DNA of 61,876 nucleotides, counting the filler, from Sphacelaria rigidula (lineage: Eukaryota): assembly GCA_964200075.2 (NCBI GenBank). It is 8 parts of 8 records of this genome, joined end to end, with 100 filler letters (N's around TTAATTAATTAA, not from the genome) between each part and the next. Parts side by side here need not be neighbours in the genome. Positions count along the whole stretch, not along the records: positions 30,989 to 38,635 come from CAXNAA020013947.1; positions 38,736 to 46,382 come from CAXNAA020013948.1; positions 46,483 to 54,129 come from CAXNAA020013949.1; 5 more parts are not named here. One strand, 5' to 3'. The number at the start of each line of letters is the position of its first letter. Within the stretch, counting starts at the first letter, position 1. A program made the translations under genes and the position numbers. The notes beneath the pieces are model-generated. The model made no database searches, was not told the origin of the DNA, and was given only the letters and a program-made list of their open reading frames with translations. Of the stretch, positions 36,161 through 49,350 are shown piece after piece.

Positions 36161-38344
36161 CAGCACGAACCGTCCAGCACGTCTAGAACCAGCTGACCTT
36201 GATTAACGCCGCAGGCGCGTATTTCTGTCGCAAACACGCTAGAAACACCCCGTAGACTGAGATTCAGGGCTGCTGTACCGGAAGTGAATTCAGCTACAGA
36301 CCGACCGCAGGTGGCGAAGCTGCGGTGTTGTGGCGTCGGAGTTGCCAACTCCGGCCACGTCCTGCAGGCATACTGGTCAGATGTACTGCTCAGACGCTAC
36401 ACTTCGTCTAATGTAGGCTACACCCTGTTCAGCTCGGGTTTTTGTTCGGCTGAAGCACATGGTGCGAACGGGCGATTTTATGACCCTCAGCGGCAAGTAT
36501 ACTTTTGCGCTGGCAGCCGATTTTGCTGCGCGGCATGCGCATAGACTCCCTTCGAGGCTTGATACACACGCCTGAAGGTAACACGTCAACACAACACTCA
36601 CATGCGCAAAGCTCTAAGCGCCGACCAGAATCAACGAATAGACTCCACGCTCCTGGATACTCCACACAATCAAGGAGAACCGTATGTTGTACAGTCTTAA
36701 ACGGCAGACGATCAGTCCATGTCCAGACAGCAAGCAGGTTGACTCAAAGTAAATCTCCAGTGAAAGGCTCAGTCTCATCCTTATCTTGTGCTCATTCCTC
36801 GCGATGTTGCGAGGCTCATTCCTTGTTGAGAATAGTGAAGTGTGTATCCACACACGTGGGACCAGAGGCCGACTCCTACCGACGTTAGACGGATATTGTA
36901 ATTCGGAGAGCATGGGCAGCAGAAGTGCAGCAGGACTTCAGAGCAGAAGACAATGATTGGATGTTGGAAATACGGCGCCTGTGGCCAACACAAACACATA
37001 CAACAGACACAGACTGCTGACGGTCCCGGTAGATGATGTTTGTATCCAAGGGACGGTAATGAACCCAGACGATCCAGAGAAGTTGACAAGGAGTGGGCTC
37101 GAGCGCAGCTCGTCAAGAGCTGTTCTACAGATACGAACACTTATTCCCCCGCATACGCGACATGCGAACCGATACATATCATACCGACGGTACTCTACAC
37201 ACACACACACTGCAACCGGGAGTAATGCATGAATAGTGCTACATGTACATTGACTACAAGCATAGGGGAATGTGTATATATTTCCAGAACAGTGATATCC
37301 CCTCGGTAGTCGAGTGTACACAGAGCGACTTCGGTGGAGAAATCGAGGGAGCTTTCAGTGGCCCGTGGAGGGAACGATGCATCAAGTTGGAGTTCACCTC
37401 TGCAGACAGTCCGGAATGTAAAGGGTAGCATGTAGCAGATCGCGGGATTGCAATGATCGAGGCAGCGGCGATGGCGGGTAGAATAGATTTTGACCGCTTG
37501 TATAATGCTGACAGCCCGGGCTCGCTGTCGGCTGAACGCACTAATATTGCATTCGACACCCTCAACCGATCTGCAACAGCTGCTTACCTTGGCACGAAGC
37601 CCCCAAAATAAGACGATGTACCATGAATTCTCGGAACTCAAATTGTTGTCATTTTGCGAGCCAGGGTACTGCAAACAACACCGTACTTCGAAGTACATGG
37701 CAAATTCACGAGAGTGTTTTACCTCGACCCGCCCCAAATCATTCCCGAGATTCAGTGCGAGTGCTGAATAAGGGTCGTGACGTGAACACCACACGCAATG
37801 TGACATGGGACCGACTTTCTATACCCGCTTATTTTGTGATCACGGCTGGGTCCCTCTATTAATTATCAGTAGATATGCGACAGTTATCAACATACCAAAC
37901 CAGGGGAGTATGGTTGATTGAACCGGGTGTTGTCAGCTTGATACAGAAGGCTCATGGGACAGCATTGCTGACTGTGCATGTGGATGAACTTGCGTTACCG
38001 TATCCAAGTGGGAATATTTTTTAACAGTGAATCTTGAGGAGCTAGTATTTCATGGTGGACAACGGTATGATTAAAAAGTATCGTTCTACCGTGTAGTGTA
38101 GGGTGGATCATCGACAAGTTTCATATCATGCGCACTGCCCCCCCCCCCCCCCCCAGCCCCCCCACCGCGGCCCGCGACCCACGGTGGCTGGGGACTGCCG
38201 TACGGGGGTGGGGGAGGTGANNNNNNNNNNTTATATATTAAAATATTTTTTTTTCTTTTTGGTTTTGTTTGGTGACTTGCCAAGTTTATTTTATTTTGTT
38301 TCCACCCCCCCCCCCCCCCCCCCCTCCCCCCGCTGGGAAGGGAA

Positions 38345-38635
38345 TGGGAAGCTGGGATAAGAGGAAAGATGTGGAGAATGGTGAAGATGACAGAATGTGC
38401 CAAAAGTGCCGCGATGCTAGACGGGGAAATATCGCAATATTTCGACATCTTACAAGGAGTTGCACAAGGATGTACGCTATCACCCACTTTGTTCAAGGTC
38501 TCTATCAATGACTTGATAACAGCAATAGAAGCAGCAGAGCAAGGGGTGCAGGTGGGGGAAGATATGGTATCAGGACTGATGTTCGCGGATGATTTTGTGG
38601 GGATTTTAGGAACACCAGAAGGACTACAGACACAG
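38345..38635 (+). mobile_element. Non-LTR retrotransposon (LINE) reverse transcriptase fragment, cut by the scaffold end
   Basis: GVAQGCTLSPTLF and LMFADD motifs of non-LTR RT; starts just after a poly(C) tract. Confidence 0.92.
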
Positions 38636-38735
38636 NNNNNNNNNNNNNNNNNNNNNNNNNNNNNNNNNNNNNNNNNNNNTTAATTAATTAANNNNNNNNN
38701 NNNNNNNNNNNNNNNNNNNNNNNNNNNNNNNNNNN
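38636..38735. other. Artificial scaffold spacer
   Basis: 44 N + TTAATTAATTAA + 44 N. Confidence 0.99.
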
Positions 38736-38897
38736 GATGGGTTGATCCCTTGAGACCACGGACTCATCCCGAGGAAGGGGAGGGGTTCAAAGTGCGGGGA
38801 GGGAAAAAAAAAACTGCGCTTTCTCTCCCGCCCTCTGCTCCTCAGCGGTCTCGTTCGCGTCGCGCTGTTGGGGCGCTATTTTCCGCATCCCGGTCAC

Positions 38898-38921
38898 CTC
38901 GACCTCTTTCTGCTCTGCCAT
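38898..38921 (-). CDS. Possible first coding exon (MAEQKEVE) of an unidentified gene
   Basis: actactATGGCA...GAG|GTGACC donor; too short to identify. Confidence 0.25.
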
Positions 38922-39099
38922 AGTAGTGTAGTACTCACTGCTGTACTGTCGGTGCACTGTGCACTGTGCGTTGTACACTGTACAGTCGTCGATTGGACTG
39001 TTTGGTGTGTGACGTTGTGGCGGGAGCCGCTGTTTGACGTGAAATATGAAATATGACACAAATTTATTTTCATCCGTTTCACATCATCAGAAAAAGCTC

Positions 39100-39212
39100 C
39101 TGTGTTGACCTTCTTCCTGAGTGACCCCAGCTGATGTGCCCACATATATATCCCGAAAGGGGCTAGACTGGCGCCCAGAATAAATGGGACGACAACACAC
39201 AACACACACACA
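39100..39212 (+). repeat. 3' fragment of the tRNA-SINE family
   Basis: ccagaataaatgggacgacaac followed by (ac)n matches the SINE 3' end at 17801 and 29990. Confidence 0.6.
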
Positions 39213-41367
39213 TCAACATAACGTAACTCAGATACTACAGTACTGTTGTAACCGATGTCAGACCCGCAAAAAGCTTTGAAAATATAAATTATTACGAGCA
39301 CAAAACGCCACGACTCCACGAACCACGCCACATGGAGCACCCGTGGGCAGCTACTAGTTGCTGGACACGGGGTGTATAACCCCGTTGGATTGTTATATGC
39401 GCCAATTTATGCGTAAAACTTAGCTTTTATGCCTCTGCGATGCTCAAATCTCCAAAAACATATGTATGTGCTTATGCGAACAACCCTATTTTATGCGCGG
39501 AATTATATGCGCGCATAAAGACCAAAATCCTACATACATCGAGCACACTAATCCACAACGCGGGACACAAGTTTTGAAAAATCATTTCTGCATAGTGGTG
39601 AGAATAGAAGACGTCATATTATGTTTCTCCTCATTATCGAGAGCATAATAGGGGGAGGGGGGTGGCAGGAGGGCGGATACGCAGAGTTCCGTGATCTGCA
39701 GCTGGTATAGGGCCCTCTTATATAACGTATATATCTGCTTGTTTCGCAAACAAGATCAGACGTCAGCTTTTATGGCAACACCACTCTGCGGACATTGCAT
39801 CATCCAGCGGTCAAGTAATTTAATACGAGTAGGAGAGCTCATGTTGTCTTCATGGTTAGAAAATGGATCTGTGAAGTCTGGTATGTTGTCGAATGTTTCA
39901 CACGTCGAGTTGGAGGCGTTTCGTTTTACTTGATTTTGGAATGTATGTTGAAATTAGTATAGCAGTCCCCAACCCAAGAGCGCTACAAAGCGAGGGGTCA
40001 CAACGGAGAGAGGGAGGGAGGGGGAAAGAGTTTTCAACGTTGGGGGCAAGAGGACCGTCATGTGTAGGTGAGTGTATGCTGCCGGCATGTACAAGTATGC
40101 CTCACGCTGTCCAGAAGTCGTCACGTGTCCCCCTGAGGGTGTCTGTAGGATCGCCGGCGCACCGGAAAAAAACACCTGTGGTAGAGGGTATGGTGGAGTT
40201 TTGTATGGCCGGAGTAAACAGAAATGTAAATGTACACATTTTACAGGGCCCTGACCTGTGGGGTGTTCTTGTTTTCTGTGGGAGAGGGTCATCGGAATTT
40301 CTAGTCCGATGCTGTAAGGGTGGTGCCGTGTCAGGTAATTGTCGAGGCTATCAGGCACTCCTTCCTTCGCAGTAGGCGTCGAGTTCCTGCCGTGCTTCTC
40401 GGTATTCTTCATTGTTTGCGCGCGCGTTTCCGGCAGGACTGTTGTCTGTACCGACTGTAGGGATAATATACATATTTCAAGAGCAAGAGGAGCGCGTCTG
40501 TGGGTGCAGCCCGTGGTCTGTGTGTCGGGCAGGCTTTTGTAGGTGGGTGGGGTCAGGTTCATGTGAGTACCGTTGCTTGCGCAAGTGATGGGTTTGAAGC
40601 ACAACCTAGGCAATATGTCGTGTTTTTGCTGAGCGTATGCGCTGCCAACGTTTCTTTGTGCGCTTGGTCTGCTATGCACTGTCGTTGTAGCCACCAAACT
40701 CTGCAACAAGCAGCTGGTGCGCATATTGGTAGGTTCGGATGTTCCTCCCCGCCGACTGGAAGTCCGTATGCTCCCGCTCATCACATCGACATCCCAAAAC
40801 GCCGAGTTGGTTCTTCAACACTGACGGCATTGGATGCATAGCGTGCCTCAGTTTCATGTGTAGCAGTGCCCACACCCCGTCGTCCCAGATGCTTGATATG
40901 TACGTGTGACTGAGGGAGGATGCCTCAGGGGCATTTCGTCCTCCTTGCTGCATGATGTGCGAAAACTTGTGGAAAATGCCTTGGAGCATCCGAATGAAGT
41001 ACATATGTAGATGTCGCACGACTACGAGTTAGTGCTGGTTTTCTGGGCATGTTTACAAGTCGGGGGTACAGAGTGTGAGTAACGTGTCACCTTCAGGAAA
41101 TGGCGGACGTGTACAGTCAGTGGTCCTGTTCTCTTCACGGTTCACTGCAGTGAAGCACCTCCGCTTATTCGGCAGTAATTACTTTTTTGTTTTGCCTTCG
41201 CTTGGTTCTGCCGAAGTCGTTTTTCGCTCACGTGTTCGTCTGTCTTGCGCCTCAAACTACAAGTGTTGTGCTGACTTGACTTGACTTCCGGTGCCTACTT
41301 TGAATTTCTTGCCAACTTGAAAAGGTGCGAGGGCAGCAACCAGCCCAGACAGCGTTCGTGAGGAGAT

Positions 41368-41460
41368 ATGTTCGCGTCGCCCCTCTTCTGGCAGATACGG
41401 TACTTGGTCACCAACCTATCGAAGAAGAACCTCAAGAGCTCCATATCAGAGCTCAACCAG
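41368..41460 (+). CDS. CNOT1: CNOT1 coding exon 1
   Basis: ATG at 41368, 31 codons, donor CAG|GTGATT. Confidence 0.88.
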
Positions 41461-44400
41461 GTGATTCAAAAATCAGTAGCTCAGCCGCTGCTGCGAAGTG
41501 TTGCAGCGGTGAAAATAAACCATGCGTAAGTCCCTCCTCGCCCTGCGAAGTAGAAACCGGCACTGCTCCAGTGTACTAAACACGCTTGACCGGAAATAAA
41601 AAGGCGTCCATTTGGCCCCCTTTCAAATTACCGCAGTTTTGCTCTGAGACAAGGCAGGCCCCCAGAGACTGTTGTTGTTATTGGTAGGAAAACTACCGAG
41701 TGGTGAACCCACGTCGGAAAATACGCCCGAAAGTAGTGGCACCCGAGGCTGCCTTCAAAACTCGCTCTAATATCACCGCATACGTTCGTCTGAATCACAA
41801 GGACCGTAGTTCCGTCGTGTTGTCCTAGTGTGTTGCACTGACGATGAACCCTGACATTACAGTACCCCCCAACGCGTCCCGGGTACGCATTTTCAAACCC
41901 GGCTATCCCGCTATCGCATACTTGAACCCTTGGACCGCGTTGCGGGTGGTCCATCTGGATCACGCACACTTTTTTCAACTGAAAATTGATGCCGATTCAG
42001 CAGTTGACCTACCATCGCGCTCAACAGTTTGAGCGCCGATCAGCAGGTGACCTACAGTCACGGTCACGGGTTGAGCGCAACAACATACCGTCGCGGACCC
42101 CAACGCAATTAGTTGCCGATATGATGTTCCTTGAAGAATGTTTCCGACTGGTTTGTTCTCGAAGGACTTCATGAACTATCTACACTGCTTTGAAAGCAAA
42201 ACCACGACACATAACCGCCCTCACTGCTGTAGCACAGCTCTCACGTCTACGCTCATCCTAGCAAAACACTTCAAGCCATGAAGTCATGCTGTGCTACGCT
42301 TCGCTGTGCCGTGTTGTACTGACTGTCGAGTAGAAATAAATTCGTGAGGCTCGGTCTTCTTCGCAGCACTTCACGAGTTGACCACTACAGCACCACTACT
42401 AGAAGTTAGTCCCACCTAGTGCGGACCAATCCGCAGCTTCCCAAGAACAAACTTCAACTAGGGCCGTGTCTTGGGCCTTGTGTAACCGAGACCAAAAAAA
42501 CAAGCACAAGAAGGAACAAGCGTTTAAAGCAGCAAGTTGATTGGCCGTCGGGGGAGTCTGCGGTTGCGCCGACCTATCAACATGCTGCTTTTGGAGGCTT
42601 GTTCCTCTTCGTGCTCGTTTTTGTGGTGTCGGTAAGGCCGTGTCTTCCCGAGATGACAAAAATAGCGGCAAGAGGAACAAGCGTTCAAGAGCAGCATGGT
42701 GATTAGTTTACCTTAAACCCGCCCAGGCACCAATCAACCTGCTGCTCTTGAACGCTTGTTCTTTTTTCCGCTTTTTTTTTCAGTCCCCATGATTAGGCCG
42801 TGCCTTATCAAATTATTCTTGTGTCGGAAACATGCGGTCGAATCGAATTCGCTCGTTTCTGATTTGTCCACACAGTTTATTTTCTCGGATGGTTGAGAAC
42901 ATGGATGCCGTGGACGTATCAGATACGAGCTCATTCGATTCCACCGTAAGTTTTCGAGTCGAAAACAATTCGACGAGACACCGCCTCAGCGCCGGTCCCA
43001 GCACCTTGTTTTCGATCGAAAAATTGAGGCGGTGGAATCGACTTGAGCGAAAATTTCCCGTTTTGATGCAGTTGGGTCCAGATGGATTTTCAAGCTCTCA
43101 ATCGTAATAAAGCAGTAGATTTCGTGAGTCAGTACATGGCCACTCGTGTACAGTACAGTCTGTACTGTCTGCTCTGCTTGCTAGCAGGGTGTCTTGAGTG
43201 CGTGTGTGCGTGTTTCGTGCAGGAGGATGTAAAGCAGAAGCGGGCAACGTGCAGTGCAGACAGCCCAGGACTATCAGTTATCTCTGCTTATATTGCGACG
43301 TGAAAAGGACCTCCGCAACGTGCAGCTTTGTACTGCCTGCATTTTGCACGAGCGTGCACGCAACTCGGTTGCTCGCCGTACCACGCATTCCCGTCACTGA
43401 TGCCTACCATGAGAGAAGCTGCGCAGGTTTTCGCAAACAAAAAAAACAAAGCACACCCGATTATTCCAGTGTAACTATCCCTGTGCTCAAATCGTGCTTG
43501 AAGCATCAGGGTTGCTGTGATAGCCGGGAATGAGTTGGATGGAGTTTGCGTGGTCTTGGGAGCAGGTGTTATTGGGTGTGGTGATCTGTAAGATGGGAGT
43601 CAAGTGCCGCATCGCGCCTTTTGACCACATGTGTCCGATCGAAAATGATTGTTTTCACCTCGTTCCATTCTTCTCCGTGTGCCGCTAGTTATAATTTTGA
43701 GTTGAAGCCTTGAAGGAATATAAATGCGGCAGACCTATCAGATGGACAAAAAAATCCACTTCACTTTTTCGATCGAAAAAAAAAGTGCCAAGGTCCTGCC
43801 TTAGCACATGAGTTCTCGATCGAAATCGTGCGGTGGAAAGCAAAAATCCCGATCTGATGGGTCGTAACTTCAATCATCGTAAATTTTGAAGATGGTTGAA
43901 GTCATGACCTGTCAGATCAGGAATTTCGTTTTCTACCGCACTTTTTTGATCGGAAACTGATGTGCTAAGACAGGCGCCATTTTTTTCTTCAAAAATGTGC
44001 GGTGAAAAAGACAACGTATCGGATGCGTCAACGCCAGAGTATGATGGGTCGTGTCGATGCTCCAGTGGTTTTCCAGTGGAGATATGCCTATCCAACGGAT
44101 GATGTACCGTGGCGGTTACGGGGGTTAGGGTTCGACGAGAAGATCCCTGAGGTGTTGAATAAAAACGAGATGAAAAGTCAACAGCGCTCCTGCGCATTCA
44201 TGACCGCGAGTCCCTAGACGGTTAAGCGTTATCCCGTAGAACTAGAAGTACTCGAATGCGTCAAGGCACGGTGGTCGTCGAGTTGTTTGCTGCTCACTAT
44301 CAGCAGGCGAACAGTTCGAACACCCCTCACCGAACGCATGTATTTTTGTCAGTAGCCTCAAAGTTGAAGATTGTTCACCTGTGAACACATGGCGACTTTT

Positions 44401-45493
44401 GATTTCTTGAACAATTTACCTTCAGAACTCGAATGTTGGAGTGACGAATGTCCCTCCCCTCCGTCTGTCCGTCCACCTCTCGGCACGAGTCCGTTGTCGG
44501 GGAAAATCACCGCGTGCCTCCCCCGTATCTGTCTCTCCACTTCACTGTTGTTCATTGGATCATAACTAAATACTGTGGCTATCAGCAATCTTGCACCACG
44601 TTGACTTGTTCGAGAACTGTTCACACTCTGCACAAAATTTATGTGGTGAATGAATGTAACAAACCAGGAATAATGAACCAGGAACATACTGAGTAAAGTA
44701 TAGGCCTATTTCCGACAAAAGTTGCAACAGGCCCATACTTTACCCAGCACATTCATTGTCCATAGCAACTATTGACCTTATTTTGTTCAGATTATGAAAT
44801 TTTTGCTCCCACTCTCGTCCCAACCTTCTCGAGTGATGGAAATCGGAGAAGAGATGTTGCCATCGGATCTGACACGGCCGCTGGTGATATTCTTCCATGG
44901 GGCCATAACCCCCGTAACCGCCACGGTACATCATCCGTTGGATAGGCATATCTCCACTGGAAAACCACTGGAGCATCGACACGACCCATCATACTCTGGC
45001 GTTGACGCATCCGATACGTTGTCTTTTTCACCGCACATTTTTGAAGAAAAAATGGCGCCTTCCATGGGGCACGATTTCTCAGGCCTCATTGATCGAAAGA
45101 GAGAAAAAAGGCGATCGCTGGTCAAACAGGTTCCCACGCGTCTTTTGCGCCATTCCATGGGCCTGGGCTCCGTGTACCCGGGTTGCAACGCTGAAAACAA
45201 AGCGTGAGGATTGATTCGTATGGTACGAATCAATTACACTAGAATCAAGTAATCCCCGGACAAATCATGAATTTGTCCGACCCTTGAAATCTTGACGATG
45301 TGTCCCGTTTTTGTATATAATTTCGCGTTCGTTTTGTCGTGTTTGTTTCTGCCCCCCCCCCCCCCCCCCATTGCAGCTGATCGAGTTATACGGTGAAGAT
45401 GCGAGGCTGTTTTTTCTGCAGTGCCTTGTGGAAGAAACCGGCTTCAAGGAACAAAAAGCACACGCACACCACGGCCACAAGGACGCTCAGAAG
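41368..45493 (+). CDS. CNOT1: CCR4-NOT complex subunit 1, 5' partial: join(41368..41460,45377..45493)
   Basis: MFASPLFWQIRYLVTNLSKKNLKSSISELNQ|LIELYGEDARLFFLQCLVEETGFKEQKAHAHHGHKDAQK parallels the human CNOT1 N-terminus as recalled (QISYLVDNLTKKNY...HGPEADRHLLRCL). GT..AG phase-0 intron of 3,916 bp. The gene continues beyond the scaffold. Confidence 0.88.
41925..42030. mobile_element. piggyBac-like MITE in CNOT1 intron 1
   Basis: aacccttggaccgcg ... attgatgccgattcagc family motif. Confidence 0.65.
42486..42790. repeat. Two tandem copies of the ~150-bp hairpin repeat
   Basis: Each copy: aacaagcgtt..agcagca(a/t)g.tgatt ... atcaac(a/c)tgctgct..tg.a.gcttgtt. Confidence 0.7.
43972..45060. mobile_element. 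Long-TIR element (~155-bp near-perfect arms) in CNOT1 intron 1
   Basis: 43972-44128 is the reverse complement of 44906-45060 apart from a homopolymer length difference. No TSD seen. Confidence 0.85.
45377..45493 (+). CDS. CNOT1: CNOT1 coding exon 2
   Basis: Poly-C tract + ttgcag|CTG, 39 codons, donor AAG|GTGCGG; within ORF 45311..45589. Confidence 0.85.
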
Positions 45494-46382
45494 GTGCGGA
45501 TATTCTGGAGTGCGTTCGTCCACTCGTATTTTTTTGTCGGTTGTTATCAACGGGGCGGTCGGGCGCTTTGGAATGCTTGGCGTACGTGAACGTTTCGCAA
45601 CGGGGCTGCTATGCGCTTACGCCGTCTTTTTTGTTCGGATCATCACCTGTGTGGTGGGATAGATGTCTTGGTTCTCGTTATCTCCCTGCTGAGTCAGTCA
45701 TGTGGTTGTTGAGTTTGCGAGTGGGCTCCGTGTTTTTTTTTTCTGCTTGGCGAGAAGTTATCATTTAGTTGGTCCCCGTTTCGACGCCGCCCAAGGCAGA
45801 CCTTGAAGACTCTGAGGAGGGGGACTGCATTTTTCCTGTACTAGTGTAGAGGAATGTGCTGCAAGCTGCTAGATTCGGTGCTAGTTTTGGATATGTCAGA
45901 GAATACATCCTCGAGATCACAGGCCGTGGTGCCCACCGAGCTTCGTGCATTGGGACACGGAGTGGTTCTAGGTTCACCTCTCTATATTCGAGAAGAGAGG
46001 TATCTAACCCTTTGATTGTGAGGGTGAACCATCACGTTCACTCGAAAAAATAAGTTTTATATGGGTCTGAGGCCGGATGTTGTGGCACACAGATTTTTGG
46101 CCCACGGATTGTTTACTTTTATGGCGTCTGAGCCACTTTTTGACCCCCAAGCAGGGAAAATCGCCAACACACGTCTGGGACACTTTACATTACCCCACAG
46201 AGAGGAGCCTAGTCCACTTTTCAGATTCGCTTGGTTCCAAGGTTCCTGGAGCGGCCGCTGAACAAAATTCTGTGAGCAACAAAATCTCCGGCCATCTACA
46301 CGGATGATTGGGCAAACTGGCGGGGGTCGGCAAGCACGGATTTTAGCACACGAATTTTTGTTCAGCGGCCAATCTCGAAACC

Positions 46383-46482
46383 NNNNNNNNNNNNNNNNNN
46401 NNNNNNNNNNNNNNNNNNNNNNNNNNTTAATTAATTAANNNNNNNNNNNNNNNNNNNNNNNNNNNNNNNNNNNNNNNNNNNN
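46383..46482. other. Artificial scaffold spacer
   Basis: 44 N + TTAATTAATTAA + 44 N. Confidence 0.99.
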
Positions 46483-48899
46483 ATCTGACTCGAAATTTCG
46501 AGCAACAAATGGCCCAAAATACCCCCCCCCCTATCGTAGGATGACTCGTTGTTAGCTTTTGCTGATTGACTGGAACGAGTGATTGCATCATATTGGTTAA
46601 AAACTATTTTCATGATAGAGTTATGGCAGGGTATGATGATCATTTCAAGAATGGGCGTCTGATTTCCTGTGACTATACCGGAAATGCTCACGGCTTATTG
46701 AGGACACTGCATTTGAGGGTATATCGGTTTGACTTTTCATGCTGATTTTTGTTCACTTTGCTCATGATTCCTCCTGGGAATCTTCCGGGATTCAAGGACA
46801 CTGTACTGTATCGGTTCGATATTGTTTTTGGTCTTTTTTACGTTTTGTGTTTGTTTGCTTTTCTTTCTTTCTTTAATTTTTTGTGTTGGCCTACACTTTT
46901 CGCGGTGCGGGAGGAGGTATGGATGAGGCACTCTCGCCTCTCGTCATAGTCTGCGAGTGCTTCAACCATGAGGGGCATATGTAATGTGATGGGGATATAC
47001 GGAGTAACCTACCGTTCCTGGATACAGACCGGTGGATACTAGAAATTGTTTATATTTCGCAAATATTCCAGCGGCCTATGCGTCAACAACGGCCCAGCTG
47101 TTGGGTTGATACTTGCGTCGTTGGTCGTTATCGTATCGGATGACGTGGATGGATCGGTAGATATGTACGTAAGCTCGTTGAAGTTGAGCCTAGATGATTT
47201 TAGTTGAGTCAGTGGATTTGAGTCATGACTTGGATGAAGTTATGTTTTGGGATTGAGCATTATGGGTTCCCCGCAAGGCAGCCCCCTGTTCGCACTCTCT
47301 CACCGTCCCAAGGTCTCAACAGTAGTGAAGGATAAATCAACAATTCGACAGCGTCTGATAGACCTCAACTACTCCCTTTCTGCGGTTATTGAGCCTCAGG
47401 ATCTAAGGAGACTATATGTGAGTCGTCTCTGAGTGTACTATACAGCTTTTGTTCTGCTCACTTCTCTATTTGTACACACCTGTTCTATTGTTCCGCAGCT
47501 GAGCATACAACCAACTGTAGCAAGCACCTCCATCGAAAGGTCAATTGATCCTTTGGACATCCGACATCACCACCCTGCGTCAAGCAGCTACGGTGACAAT
47601 CCAACACTTCATTTGACATAGCTATCAGTAGGTGAAGAAATTGAACCATATTTAGAAGATTTGGTGTGGATACGAAGATTATAATTCTCCGGGTTTCTCA
47701 TCCCTAATAATAAAAGTTCCATCCCCAATTTGTAAGATCCCGTGTTTGGAGCCGACTACTCTGAGGAATCGAGGGTAGACCAGGGAGAGAAGCAAAAAGC
47801 TCGTCGCTAAAGATATATAAATACGTTGGTTTTGTGGGGATTGCATAGCAAGCGCTGTGTTTCTGTCACTATCTGCGTTCGACTTATCCGACAAGCACCT
47901 CGGCGGTCTAATTAGTACAATTGGAATCAAGTAGGTCGGGCGAATGAAGGCCCAACTCTCGTCAGATTCAATCTGGGTTTTCTGAAAATGTCATTGTCGT
48001 CGTTGAAAAAGTTGGGAGATGAGAAGCAAATAAACTGAAGTTGACCACAGTCGATGCTGCGCGGAGTGCTGATCACGACGGACGTGTCGCGAGGCAGAGG
48101 AGGAATCGAAAGTGTGACCAACGACACATTTCGCGGGGGCTCGTCCCGGGGAACGGGAGGAGTAAAAAATGGGACAAGAAAAGGAAGAAAAAAAACTCGC
48201 TGACGCAGCGGTGGTTATGCATGTATAACGTTGAAATGGCCGGCGGAAGACAAAGGAAATGCACACGTGGGTACATTATATCATTGCAGGGTACGATGCG
48301 CACGTTAGGGACACACCCCATTTGTACATCCGGACACAGATAGCTCAGATCGTAGTACCCATGATGATGCCACACGCATGCGTGTACACACACACGATCG
48401 TAAGAGCACAGTCTTGCATTATCATACGATATATACCTGGAATAGGAATTTTCATCTGAGATGTCCACCTGGGATATCCATCCAAGATATTAATCTGCAA
48501 CATCCATCTGGGACACCTTCTATCTATCTATCTACGAAATCCGTCTGGCATATTCACGTCCACATGAGATATCCATCTGGAACGTCCGTCGGGAATGTCA
48601 GATCCATCTACGACATACACCTGGATATTCTGTTTTCGCGTTAGGGGGTTAGGGTTACTGTTATGGGCAGGGTTGGGTGTCCCAGATAGGTACTCGTACT
48701 GACATCCCACAAACGTGGACAGATAGAACCCTATAGGACGTGCTGCTCAGGGTTCTTCGCAGTCTTTGTGAAAACCCCTGTACAGCATTTGCAAACCCTA
48801 GTACCTCTAGCAGCATTTTGTGTAGCGTTTTTTTCGAGACCGTGAAAGCAACCCTGTGATGAGGCACTCCCAATTTGAAATTTCCAAATTATTTTGTTA

Positions 48900-49350
48900 C
48901 AAGACCTACAAATTTATATGTTTCGAACACCAGAAGAAGCTGTTCGAAAGAGATACTTTTTTCGCCCAATTTCGGTCAAATTTGGCAAAAACGGGATATA
49001 TTTTGAACAGCTTCATCTGCTACACAAGTCCCATACATGTGTACGGAATTTGTAAAGCAGATGAAGCTGTTCAAAATACATCATTTTTTGCCCAATTAAA
49101 CAAATCCGATACACACTGGCAAATTTGAAATATTTACAGGAGAAGAAGCTCGAAATAAATGCTCACTTTGCCCGCTGATTCATCCGGAAATTAGGCAAAA
49201 AGAGAGCTTATTGCGAATAGCCTCGCCTGTGCAAGTTCCGCACACTGCACCATACTCAGCGGATGGGATCGGAGACGCAGCAAAGATTGTTGAAAATAAT
49301 TAATCATGTTGTCCCCCAATACATTTATATATATATATATATCAATTGGG
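48900..49350. repeat. AT-rich multi-hairpin MITE-like repeat
   Basis: tattttgaacagcttcatctgc / gcagatgaagctgttcaaaata inverted pair plus recurring ttt(t/c)gccc motifs. Confidence 0.55.

Noticed and set aside
39954..41019. 276-aa ORF and neighbours; possible decayed LINE C-terminus
   Set aside because: No motif could be identified with confidence; needs a profile search.
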